A DNA stretch of 64,000 bases, from NCBI GenBank assembly GCA_002633005.1, contig NMRA01000071.1:92976-156975 (forward strand), written 5' to 3'. Below are positions 38,526 through 50,009 of the stretch, piece by piece. Position 1 is the first letter of the stretch, and each line of letters begins with the position of its first letter. A model generated the notes under the pieces. That model made no database searches. It saw only the letters and a program-made list of their open reading frames with translations, and was not told where the DNA came from. The position numbers and the translations under genes were made by a program. The stretch comes from Phoronis australis. Its lineage: Eukaryota; Animalia; Phoronida.

Positions 38526-38809
38526 ATTCTCAAGATTTCCCACAACATTCAATCCCACAATCCCTCACAAACAACCCATTAAGCACATACTAATCTCCCA
38601 TCTTAACACTGAACATAATTATGTAATTTACCAGCTTGTTTCAAATTGTGCTCTTTTAAAAAAGCACAATGCTGTGGAGCATGATAAATTTCCCCCACCT
38701 GACAGCGTCAATTCCACAAACATTGAAGATCCACCCAAACAGTGGAGGAGCCTAGGTTCTTTGAGCTGAAGTCAGCACAACAAAACCTGGTGAGATTCTT
38801 TCCCCTCGC

Positions 38810-39357
38810 AATTCATTAGTCTCATCTATTCATTAGTCTCATCAATTCATTAGTCTTATCTATTCATTAGTCTTATCTATTCATTAGTCTCATCCATTCA
38901 TTAGTCTCATCTATTCATTAGTCTTATCTATTCATTAGTCTTATCTATTCATTAGTCTTATCTATTCATTAGTCTCATCCATTCATTAGTCTCATCCATT
39001 CATTAGTCTTATCTATTCATTAGTCTTATCTATTCATTAGTCTCATCCATTCATTAGTCTCATCTATTCATTAGTCTTATCTATTCATTAGTCTCATCCA
39101 TTCATTAGTCTCATCCATTCATTAGTCTTATCTATTCATTAGTCTCATCCATTCATTAGTCTCATCAATTCATTAGTCTTATCTATTCATTAGTCTCATC
39201 CATTCATTAGTCTCATCTATTCATTAGTCTTATCTATTCATTAGTCTCATCAATTCATTAGTCTTATCTATTCATTAGTCTTATCTATTCATTAGTCTCA
39301 TCCATTTATTAGTCTCATCCATTCATTAGTCTTATCCATTCATTAGTCTCATCAATT
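38810..39357. repeat. 17-bp minisatellite, ~32 copies
   Basis: attcattagtct(c/t)atc(t/c). Confidence 0.95.
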
Positions 39358-39754
39358 CCAAAGCTGTTGATATCCCACAATGCTAAGCCACGTTAGTACA
39401 TTTTTATTAATCGGCCATTCATTGACTAATCATGAACGGGGACACCAATATGCATATGCACCGGTGCTTAAGATACATCTGATTGGTTGTACCACGTGCT
39501 CTAGACTACTTCTGTCATTAATCAAATTTATCTGCCCAAACTTCACCCCGACAAATTCAAAGGTAACTTTCAACTAATTTTTAGAAAAATACCGAGGCAT
39601 ACTCAAAATTTGTAATACTTCTACGACAGGACATAACGACTTTTAGAGCCCTAAAAGTACAAAGAATATGTCAGGTTAATTGGAGACTGTTGGCAACTTT
39701 CTAATTGTATTATCAAACTAAAGTTGTTTTGAAATGACGGATATCAGCACTTAC

Positions 39755-39796
39755 CACACCCTCACTTTAATTCGGTCGGAAGAATTATGGCACTCA
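39755..39796 (-). CDS. unc-13: unc-13 exon, C2B: ECHNSSDRIKVRV(W), 42 nt
   Basis: tttttag acceptor, TG|gtaagt donor; matches the Munc13 consensus. Confidence 0.95.
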
Positions 39797-39804
39797 CTAA
39801 AAAT

Positions 39805-40190
39805 AAAGAAAATAGAATGAGCAGTTGTATCTGTGTCAGATGGTTAGACAGTGACAGGGACTAGACAGACAAATAGAATAGTTATAATATCTGTTAGATG
39901 GTTACAGTGATAGGAAAAGACAAATAGAATAGTTATAATATCTGTTAGATGGTTACAGTGACAGGAAAAGACAAATAGAATAGTTATAATATCTGTTAGA
40001 TGGTTACAGTGACATGAAAAGACAAATAGAATAGTTATAATATCTGTTAGATGGTTACAGTGACAGGAAAAGACAAATAGAATAGTTATAATATCTGTTA
40101 GATGGTTACAGTGACAGGAAAAGACAAATAGAATAGTTATAATATCTGTTAGATGGTTACAGTGACAGGAAAAGACAAATAGAATGAACA
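39805..40190. repeat. 51-bp minisatellite immediately upstream of the 42-nt exon acceptor
   Basis: gacaaatagaatagttataatatctgttagatggttacagtgacaggaaaa, ~7 copies. Confidence 0.92.
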
Positions 40191-40431
40191 GTTACCTTTT
40201 GTTTACTGAAGCTGGGAAAGTTGACACTCGCATCAACAATGCTATCACATTGGAAGACATAAGAAAACTTGAAATGACATTACCTGACACATGTGGCCAG
40301 TAGGAGTATTGCAATTATATGTTTAAAGTGACATTACCATACACATCTAGAATGTATCACTGAAAATAAGGGTTCAGGTCATGCGACACTGAATTAATCT
40401 AGCAAATGGCCTCATGACAATCAATACTTAC

Positions 40432-40573
40432 AAGTAGAATGTTTCATCCCACACTGGGTTCAGGTCCTGTGGCACTGTCTTGGTCTGTTTCTTTGTCTTG
40501 CCCACCTGTACTGTCACATAGGGGTCACTAGTGCCAGTCTTGTCTTTTCCAATAAGACCCTGAGCACATATAA
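40432..40573 (-). CDS. unc-13: unc-13 exon, C2B: (V)[46 protein letters not shown](F), 142 nt
   Basis: gttgtag acceptor, TT|gtaagt donor; C2 SDPYV and LNPVW motifs. Confidence 0.96.
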
Positions 40574-40929
40574 CTACAACGGAACCAAACATATAGTTAG
40601 AAACACATGGTAAAACACCATGATTATATATCCACTCATGAAAGGTAAGCCCTACTTCAACTTAATAAAGTATGAAGCACGGCAAGATCATTGCCCACGT
40701 TTATCCTAAGGTATGTTTTGTGGAGATGCAAGAAGTCAGTGAAGAGATCACAGACTGGGGCCTACCGCAAATATGAACGGGAGTTAGAGATCTACATGGT
40801 TGACTGAAAACAAGCAAAAGAACATAAGAAGTATGTCATTGAGAAATATATTTTGAATATTTATCACAACAGTCTGAGAAAAGACAAGTTGTGAATAAGT
40901 CAAACGATAACACCAAAATTAGCTATGAA

Positions 40930-42278
40930 CCTGTTTCTTTTTATTCAACAGTGTTCCACATTGCATCCTCAATGGCCTCTGTTCTTTATTCAGCACAATA
41001 TTCTACACTACACCCTCTGTGACCACCAACATGACAGACTACACCTGTTCTTTATTCAGCACAGTATTCTACACTACACTCTGTGACCTCCAGCATGACT
41101 GACTACACCTGTTCTTTATTCAGCACAATATTCTACACTACACCCTCTGTGACCTCCAACATGACAGACTACACATGTTCATTATTCAGCACAATATTCT
41201 TCACTACTCCCTCTGTGACCTCCAACATGACAGACTACACCTGTTCTTTATTCAGCACAGTATTCTACACTACACCCTTTGTGACCTCCAACATGACTGA
41301 TTACACCTGTTCTTTATTCAGCACAGTATTCTACACTACACCCTCTGTGACCTCCAACATGACTGATTACACCTGGGGCCCGTTCCAAGAAACTGACTTA
41401 AGTTCATTATTGACTTAAGTCTAAGATTTGTCTTAACTTCCAAACTTTGAAACTTCCATATCTGGTAAATTTATCAAAATTAAGCCAAAACGTACGTCAA
41501 ACACTTAAATCAAGCTTAATATCTCTTTCTTGAAATGATTTTGAGACAAATTGAACTTTTATTTTAAAATTTAGTAAAATTTAGGAATTGTCTTAGCTAA
41601 GTCAGTTTTGTTGGAACGGGCCCCTGTTCTTTATTCAGCACAATATTCTACACTACACCCTCTGTGACCTCCAGCATGACTGACTAGAACCTGTTCTTTA
41701 TTCAACACAGTATTCTACACTACACCCTCTGTGACCTCCAACATGACTGACTACACCTGCTCTTTATTCAACACAGTATTCCACATTACACCCTCTGTGA
41801 CCTCCGACATGACTGACTACACCTGTACTTTATTCAACACAGTATTCCACGCTAAACCCTCAATGACCTCCAACATGACCGACTACACCTGTTCTTTATT
41901 CAGCACAGTATTCTTCACTACACCCTCTGTGACCTCCAACATGACTGATTACACCTGTTCATTACTCAGCACAATATTCTTCACTACACCCTCTGTGACC
42001 TCCAACATGACTGATTACACCTGTTCTTTATTCAGAACAATATTCTACACTAAACCCTGTGACCTCCAAAATGACTGACTACACCTGTTCTTTATTCAAC
42101 ACAGTATTCCACACTAAACCCTCAATGACATCCAACATGACTGACTACACCTGTACTTTATTGAACACAGTATTCCACACTAAACCCTCAATGACATCCA
42201 ACATGACTGACTACACCTGTACTTTATTAAACACAGTATTCCACACTAAACCCTCTGTGACCTCCAACATGTCTACAC
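40930..42278. repeat. 66-bp minisatellite, interrupted by a Harbinger MITE
   Basis: ctgttctttattcagcacaatattctacactacaccctctgtgacctccaacatgacagactacac. Confidence 0.93.
41376..41623. mobile_element. PIF/Harbinger MITE, 248 bp
   Basis: CTG|GGGCCCGTTCCAAGAAACTGACTTA...TAAGTCAGTTTTGTTGGAACGGGCCC|CTG; neighbouring repeat units show the empty site. Confidence 0.88.
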
Positions 42279-42279
42279 C

Positions 42280-42590
42280 TGAGATTCCTCTACATGTTAC
42301 CATACTTCAGATAGCCATTGGTGAGATCTATGTAAATATTACCAAATGCCAGATAGTCATTGATGAGATAAATCTAAATGTTACCATACTTCAGATAGCC
42401 ATTTCTGAGATACATTTACATTGAATACCATACTTCGAATGGATATCATTGATTAGATCTGTTTACATAATAACAAACTTCAAATAGCCATTGATGAGAT
42501 CTATCTAAATGCTACCATACTTCAGATAGCCATTGATGAATAGATATTACCATCCTTTAGACATCCATTGACAAGAACTATCTACATAAA
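42280..42590. repeat. degenerate ~45-bp minisatellite
   Basis: accatacttcagatagccattgatgagatctat variants. Confidence 0.75.
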
Positions 42591-42762
42591 AGTTCACAAA
42601 GATATACAACTGTGCAGCTACGGTTGTCTGAATTTTGGAGCTTAAAACCAGATACAAGCTGTGTATTGATTTCACTTTGATCAAATGAAAAATCCAACCT
42701 TGGGCAACTATAAAAACGAACAATAAAAAAACTTCAAAATAAAACTGTTACAATAGACTTGG

Positions 42763-42838
42763 AGAAATTTCATTTTATCAAGTAACAATGATGACAGTAT
42801 TTTCTGTCATCATTGCTACTTGATAAAATGAAATTTCT
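42763..42838. repeat. near-perfect inverted repeat, 35-bp arms with 6-nt loop
   Basis: agaaatttcattttatcaagtaacaatgatgacag-tatttt-ctgtcatcattgctacttgataaaatgaaatttct. Confidence 0.92.
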
Positions 42839-43019
42839 AAGTCAAGAATGGCTGTCTAGTGAAGTTGAGAATAGTGGATTGGGGTGAGCTCATCAGTCTG
42901 ACCCTCAAGCAAGAATCAAATAAAACATATTTGGAGGCTGGCAATAAGATCCCACTGAAACCTTGACTGTAACTTAGACTGGTCAAAGGTAAATCAGTTC
43001 TACATCTTTTGGGGGCGAA

Positions 43020-43190
43020 AATTGCCACACGACAGGCATTCATTGCCACACGACAGGCATTCATTGCCAGATGACAGGCATTCATTGCCAAATGACAGGC
43101 ATTCATTGCCACACGACAGGCATTCATTGCCAGATGACAGGCATTCATTGCCACACGACAGGCATTCATTGCCAAATGACAGGCATTCTT
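43020..43190. repeat. 21-bp minisatellite, 8 copies
   Basis: attgccacacgacaggcattc. Confidence 0.92.
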
Positions 43191-43394
43191 AGACACTTTC
43201 AAGAATATCACACCGTGTCAGTAATTGGGGTTCAGCATAAAGGTAAGTGCAAGTAGTTAAAAGGAAAAAGCAAATTTGGGAGATGAACATTATGAAGTAG
43301 GCTAATAGATATGCAAAAGATATCAAGTTAGTGTTAAACTGATAGGTAGCACATCATAAAGGAAAAGCTAGAACAAAATTGGGTTTGCGGCCAA

Positions 43395-43990
43395 TAGACT
43401 ACCCTTGGTGACACTAGCGACACATTATAAAACTGTTACAAGAAGACTACCCCTGGTGAGACTAGTCACATTATAAACTGTTACAAGAAGACTACCCCTG
43501 GTAACACCAGTCACATCATAAACTGTTACAAGAAGACTACCCCTGGTGACACTAGTCACATTATAAACTGTTACAAGAACACTACCCCTGGTGACACTAG
43601 TCGCATTATAAAACTGTTACAAGAAGACTACCCCTGGTAACACCAGTCACATTATAAACTGTTACAAGAAGACTACCCCTGGTGACACTAGTCACATTAT
43701 AAAACTGTCACAAGAACACTACCCCTGGTGACACTAGTCACATTATAAAACTGTTACAAGAACACTACCCCTGGTGACACTAGTCACATTATAAACTGTT
43801 ACAAGAACACTACCCCTGGTGACACTAGTCACATTATAAAACTGTCACAAGAACACTACCCCTGGTGACACTAGTCACATTATAAAACTGTTACAAGAAC
43901 ACTAACCCTGGTGACACTAGTCGCATTATAAAACTGTTGCAAGAAGACTACCCCTGGTGACACTAGTCGCACATTATAAAACTGTTACAC
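43395..43990. repeat. 46-47-bp minisatellite, ~13 copies
   Basis: actacccctggtgacactagtcacattataaaactgttacaagaag. Confidence 0.93.
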
Positions 43991-44559
43991 AATGTAAAGC
44001 TAACACAACTATCTTACCCTCTTGAGTGTAAATTTTGGAGCATTTTATCAAAATTTATTATTTGGTTCAAAAAGTTTAATATCTGCGACCGGCTGTAAAC
44101 GCAGCTTGCGTAGGGAACAGCAGATTAGCAGTTTTGAGGTGCAAGTTGAACCATGGCAACAATAGCTTTTGTACAAGCAGTAGTTGACATTTAAAACAGG
44201 TATGTGCACAACACAGACTAAATGTGACAAAGGCAATGATCTAATCCCAACATTCAGCCTCAACATTTGGAACTTAACTATTAATTTAAATGATTCAACA
44301 ACAAAATTCGTTAACTTTACTGTGGCAGATGGTCAATTGTTTAGTTGAGTTCCAAGTAAAGAGATTAGACCACTGAGTCCAAATTTTAATGACAGTGGCT
44401 GTGAGCGATACATTTTCAAAAGCACAGTGACAATATCAACAACACAACAACATTGACAAGAACCATGAAAGTAAAAACCATAAACTAGATATCTGAAACT
44501 GCAAAATAAAACTTAAACACAAATGTGCAACATAACAGTGACTGCTGCAACCTGCACGA

Positions 44560-45200
44560 TGATGAGCGTTGGTCAGTATTGGTGACTGGAGAGACATGGA
44601 CATGCAGGATAGTGAATGTTGGTCAGTATTGGTGACTAGAGAGACATGGACATGCAGGATAGTGAATGTTGGTCAGTATTGGTGACTAGAGACATGGACA
44701 TGCAGGATAGTGAATGTTGGTCAGTATTGGTGAGTAGAGACATGGACATGCAGGATAGTGAATGTTGGTCAGTATTGGTGACTAGAGACATGGACATGCA
44801 GGATAGTGAATGTTGGTCAGTATTGGTGACTAGAAACATGGACATGCAGGATAGTGAATGTTGGTCAGTATTGGTGAGTAGAGACAGGGGGCTATACAAT
44901 GGTGAGTGTTGTTCAGTATTGGTGACTAGAGAGACAAGGGGCAATAGATACAATGGCGAATGTTGGTCAATACTGGTGACTAAGAGACAGAAGCCTGTGT
45001 ATAATGGAGAGTGTTATTCAGTATTGGTGACTAGATAGGCAGGGACCTGTATAATGGTGAGCGTTGGTAAGCAATGGTCAATAGAGGCAGGGCCTGTATA
45101 ATGGTGAGTGTTATTCAGTATTGGTGATTAGAGGCAGGGGGGCTGTACAATCTTATGGTGAATGATGGTCAGTATTGGTGACTAGACAGACAGAATGGTG
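44560..45200. repeat. ~51-bp minisatellite with a degeneration gradient
   Basis: gttggtcagtattggtgactagagacatggacatgcaggatagtgaat. Confidence 0.9.
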
Positions 45201-45910
45201 CCTGCATAGTGAGTCTTGGCTAGTGGTCAGAAAATGTATGACTGAAAAGAGACAAGGACAATAATGCAGACCACAGAAATGGAGAGTAATGATGACCAGA
45301 CCAGATATATGAACAGTGCGTGCTGGTAACCAGAGACAATGACAGTACTGGTGAATAGTGATAAGGACAGTACCAATGACCAGACCAGACATATGAACAG
45401 TACTGTTGACCCCATGTATGGTCAGTACTGTTTAACCAGGATATGGTCAGTACTGGTGACCACTTGTATGGACAGAACTGGTGACCACAGATACGGACAA
45501 CTCTAGTGCCCAGTGAGACAAGGTAAGTACTGGAGACAGGAGTACAGGTCACTACAACACTAATGGAGAACAACAGCAACTTATGTATATAGTCTGTCTT
45601 CTGCAAAATTGATTAATTCTAGTTAGTAATACTGTACCTCAACCATGGCGCTGCAAAATGTTTGAAGTCGAACATGCGAGAACACAAACAACGTGAATGA
45701 GAGGAAGGGTTCATAAGAGGTTCAATGTAAAAGGCGTTAGTAATACAACATGGAAACTAAGTTTAACATGTCTTTGGTCTTGTTAATAAATGTTAACTGA
45801 AAGTACAAAATATAAAAAAATGAGTTTCAACTACACAACAGTCATCATTCTCTATACTTAGGCTGACCGCCACCAGAGGGCGAGCATGCTCCAACACCAG
45901 GTGTCACTAC

Positions 45911-46017
45911 CTGTGATGGCTATTTTTGCCGACCATTTTGATGTGCCATCCAGTATCATCTGCTTGGCTTGCTCCATGTCTGTTTTATGTTGATTGCCAT
46001 CGACATGGAATGTCTCT
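45911..46017 (-). CDS. unc-13: unc-13 alternative exon 1b: ETFHVDGNQHKTDMEQAKQMILDGTSKWSAKIAIT (107 nt)
   Basis: tattgcag acceptor, CAG|gtagtg donor; canonical LDGTSKWSAKI start of C2B. Confidence 0.92.
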
Positions 46018-46066
46018 CTGCAATAGTCATGTGATAGTCATGTGATATGCAAGTGACTCAACTGAC

Positions 46067-46173
46067 CTGTTATCTTAAGTTTGGCAGACCACTTGGATGT
46101 GTTCTCAATAACGGCAGCATGCAGGGTGTTCATTGAAGAAGAATGCACTTTGTTCAGCACATGAAACAACTGC
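46067..46173 (-). CDS. unc-13: unc-13 alternative exon 1a: QLFHVLNKVHSSSMNTLHAAVIENTSKWSAKLKIT (107 nt)
   Basis: ttttgtactgcag acceptor, CAG|gtcagt donor; open frame, same length and phase (2-1) as 45911-46017, shares TSKWSAK. Confidence 0.85.
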
Positions 46174-46231
46174 CTGCAGTACAAAACAACATAACTTGAA
46201 ACTTATCATCAACCAAGTAAATCTAGCCAAA

Positions 46232-46625
46232 TCATAGACTATATAGATAGGGACTAGTATCTATGGTCATATATAGACTATATAGATAGGGACTAGTATC
46301 TATAGTCATATATAGACTATATAGATAGGGACTAGTATCTATGATCATATATAGACTATATAGATAGGGACTAGTATCTATGATCATATATAGACTATAT
46401 AGATAGGGACTAGTATCTATGGTCATATATAGACTATATAGATAGGGACTAGTATCTATGGTCATATATAGACTATATAGATAGGGACTAGTATCTATGA
46501 TCATATATAGACTATATAGATAGGGACTAGTATCTATGGTCATATATAGACTATATAGATAGGGACTAGTATCTATGGTCATATATAGACTATATAGATA
46601 GGGACTAGTATCTATGGTCATATAA
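46232..46625. repeat. 42-bp minisatellite, ~9 copies, ~60 bp upstream of alternative exon 1a
   Basis: atagactatatagatagggactagtatctatggtcatat. Confidence 0.93.
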
Positions 46626-47355
46626 GGTATGAAGTGGTTCACCATTTATTAACATATAAACCTTGACATATGCTATTCCATAAAAATTCAACATACTACA
46701 ATGCTGAATGCCCCAATAATAACTCCGCATAACAATGAAACATGGTTATGTTTAAACCATGGCCACTATGAAATGACATTTTGACACTCACGTTTTGAAG
46801 TCAGACCCCACGATTGAAAATGTCTTAGCAAAATCCAACTCCCAATAGCAGAAAATCACTTCAGACAAGCAGACATACAGTGGATATGTGTACATATAGC
46901 TGCAATTGCATATTTTCACTACACACCATCTCTGCCCAGTTCAACTCATTAGCCACATGATCCTCTCGCAAGGACCAAATACAGACTCTCCCTTTCACTA
47001 CATTCTTATGGTGATCACGCTGATATACATTTGGTGGGCACATATCAAGTTGTGCCACTGAGTTGCTTAGGCAAGTTACACAATAGCCTTATTCCAACCT
47101 CTGGCACATAGTTGACTTCATGCAAGCCCAAAATATGTCTTTGTAATAAAGCTTTTGACAATTGATATCCGCACCTGGAAAATCACATGACTTGAATGGC
47201 CTGATAGGTGGCGCTTCAGTGCTGTGCATTTACCAGAGCAGTGGGACACTGAGATTATAAATGAGTAACTGTTAACTAGCGGACAACAACATGGAAATAA
47301 AATAAAGTTGCATCCAAATGGAGAACAGCTTTTCTAGTGTATAGAATGTAAGAAT

Positions 47356-48943
47356 TGACCTATCGCAAACTCCACCCCTTTACTAAAAGTCACGTGACAC
47401 CTGAAAAACAAATAAGATGTCGGAGGCAAGAATACTGTCGCTAACAGCCCCCCCCCCAATGGAATCGATGCATGTTTTTGGACTATACGAAAATGCTTCG
47501 ACAAAGAAAACAGACGATGCTTTTCAGCATAGAATTATATGTTCAAGATCTGAGAACTTGCAAAGATGACGATGAAAAAATAAGTGTTCGAGGAAAAGTA
47601 TTTCGCAGTCAGCAAAAATCCAAAGAACCCCACAGGGTTCAACTTCATTTGACAAATTCACAGATATTATTATTTTGCTGCCTGTTATATTCCGCAAAAT
47701 GGAAAGTAGGTCACAAGATGAGACTCCCCGATTAAAGTAGGTCGAGTGGATAGCACTGTTTATGCTTTTCGAATCTTCAATCGAAATATTTTGAATAAAA
47801 AATCAAGTTCATAGCCTAGGTACGCACTCATCTTGTCCTATGCAAGCAGTTAGCTCCCGTAGGTCTAGGGCTGTGTCCAAGTCAAATTCATACAAATGGA
47901 ATTGGTCGTAATTGCACCATTAAAACATTTAAGTTAGGTCAACCGTGATGAAATACACATTTTGTAGTTTCATTGCATGAAGGTAGCTTTCAGTTAATTT
48001 AAAATATAGCACCATCACTAAGTTGCGGTATGGTTACAAAAGATGAGAAGTCTGGTGTAGTAGCAGAAAATGGCTATTTTAAGTACAAATAACTTAAATT
48101 CTTTTTTAAAGCTTCATAATCCAAGTGTCATGTTCGACAACCTACAAAACTGAGTTCTCTTAACTCTACAGGCGAAGTGTAAACGAGAAGTTCTCAGCAA
48201 AAGTATTTATTTTTTCATTTAAACAGCTCGAGCTTTGAGTTCAGTAATCCAGTGCCCCTCCTGTTCCGATCGAATCTGTCAATTTTGGAGAGAAGTTCAG
48301 TTGAACACCAGCCTAACGTATATGAATAAAAAAGTATCTCATTTTTGGAATGAAACAAACCAAAACAATGTCCATTCGGACAAAATAAATGTGAAATAAT
48401 ACAAATGTCCTTAAAAACACAATTTCTGGGGACTACTGCTTGGACTAGTGCTGGGATCCAGCAGGTGCCGAGACATAGGTAGCCAAATGAGTGAAACTCC
48501 GCAGTCAAAGTCAGAGATAGGCTTACACTGTAGCCATCAATCTGAAAATTACGCATCTTGGAACAAATACATTTCGTGTTTAACCTTCGATTAATTAAGT
48601 AACATTGCCAAGTTCAGTTGCTCTTGTGGCCATCCACAAAGTTTGATTCATCGTTTACACCATTCAACAGCATATTTCACCATAGAAAATTCTCATAAAA
48701 TGATGGGATATTCTTCTCAAGCTGTACAACGACTGAAGGAATTAAAAACGCCATAAGCAACACCGTTTCACTATTCTTATCACAGAATTTCCTGAGCTAT
48801 AGACTACAATAAGCTTTACCAGACAACCTGCTGTTTGTCGGGTAAAATGGCCTCTTGGAAACGGAGAAAAAGAGGTGTCAAGAATGAATGCTGCATTCTG
48901 ATTGGTCAGTTAAGCCATCAGTCAAAATCCTGGTAATAGGTCA
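47356..48943. mobile_element. ISL2EU-like DNA transposon remnant
   Basis: AT|TGACCTAT...ATAGGTCA|AT; ORF 47472-47735 (VRGKVFRSQQKSKEPHRV) resembles the N-terminal part of SWIM/YqaJ-type ORFs carried by such elements (from recall). Confidence 0.55.
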
Positions 48944-49035
48944 ATTGTTGAGCAAGGCATCACGACAAAGAACACAGAATAGAGTGTCAAACTTCTTGTT
49001 TGGAATTGCTTAGAAATAAGAACACTAAAACTCAC

Positions 49036-49156
49036 TTGATTAACTCAAAAATCTCAGGTTTGTTTCTTTCCCTGATTTTCATCCTATCCTTCATGGCCAT
49101 GATGATGTTCTGAGTTTTGTCCTGTGCTCCGTGTTTAGAGCTCTTCTCTGCTGCTC
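49036..49156 (-). CDS. unc-13: unc-13 exon, C1-C2B linker (R)[39 protein letters not shown](K), 121 nt
   Basis: ttaccag acceptor, AA|gtgagt donor; phases 1 and 2 match neighbours. Confidence 0.95.
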
Positions 49157-49789
49157 CTGGTAACAACATACAACTGTTAACATACAACTGGAAACTGAGT
49201 TTTGTCCTGCGCTCCATATTTAGAGCTCTTCTCTGCTGCTCCTGTTAACAACTTACAACTGTCAACATACAACTGGCAACTAAATACTTAACAAAAAATA
49301 GAACTGAGAGCAAGTTACAATCAAAATGCTTCATATCATGTAACATAAGACTAGGTACGTATTTCAATAAACTGTATCATACTAGATACCTAAAACTTGT
49401 CAATTTTGGTTTTGAATTATTGTCTGATAGAACCAGAGTGGAAAATTTGATTAAAAAATTGTATACATAGAAAGTTGTAGCCAGTTTTCCCGTGTTATGA
49501 CATTTTGCTTAATATTTTTTCCTAAAGAGAATGTTAAAATGTGTCAAGTTTATGGATGAATTGTCAAGAGTGGGTCTCCGCATCATGCTGCAGTAAGCAA
49601 TACAAGTCACCGATAGTCATCCATTTTTCTGAAAGAGGTCACTGTGGGCTATTTCTGTGTGCTAGATTATTTCGGGGTTATGGGCATTTGTGAAAGAGAC
49701 CTGATCGGGCTCTTTCAGAAATCCTTTGTATACTGTGAAAAGTAGTAGTTGAACGTGCCTGCATTATTTTGTAGTCAAGATATACTCAC

Positions 49790-50009
49790 GTTGTAAACAG
49801 TCAGCATTAAGCAGGTTCTTACACTTTTCATGACACTTGACCCCACACTCTGTACATCGGACACACTGCCGGGTTATTCCCCATAACAGACCTTGACACT
49901 CAAAGCAGTACGTTGGAGACGTGAGTGACCAGACAACAAAGTTATGAGGCGTTGTGCTTGAGATGGGGTAGATTAAGGCTTGCAGTGTCTTTTTATACAC
50001 ATGCATTTT
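49790..50009 (-). CDS. unc-13: unc-13 exon, C1 (DAG/phorbol-binding) domain, 220 nt
   Basis: [73 protein letters not shown]; ttttag acceptor, C|gtgagt donor. Confidence 0.97.

Noticed and set aside
40196-40241. AG..GT segment near the 42-nt C2B exon
   Set aside because: 46 nt, frameshifting and not homologous.
41083-46645. Repetitive ORFs (TSNMTDYTCSLF, MDMQDSECWSVLV, MTIDTSPYLYSLY) and similar ones at 5049, 23190, 30357 and 58914
   Set aside because: Products of minisatellites, mostly with unit lengths divisible by 3; no splice or homology support.
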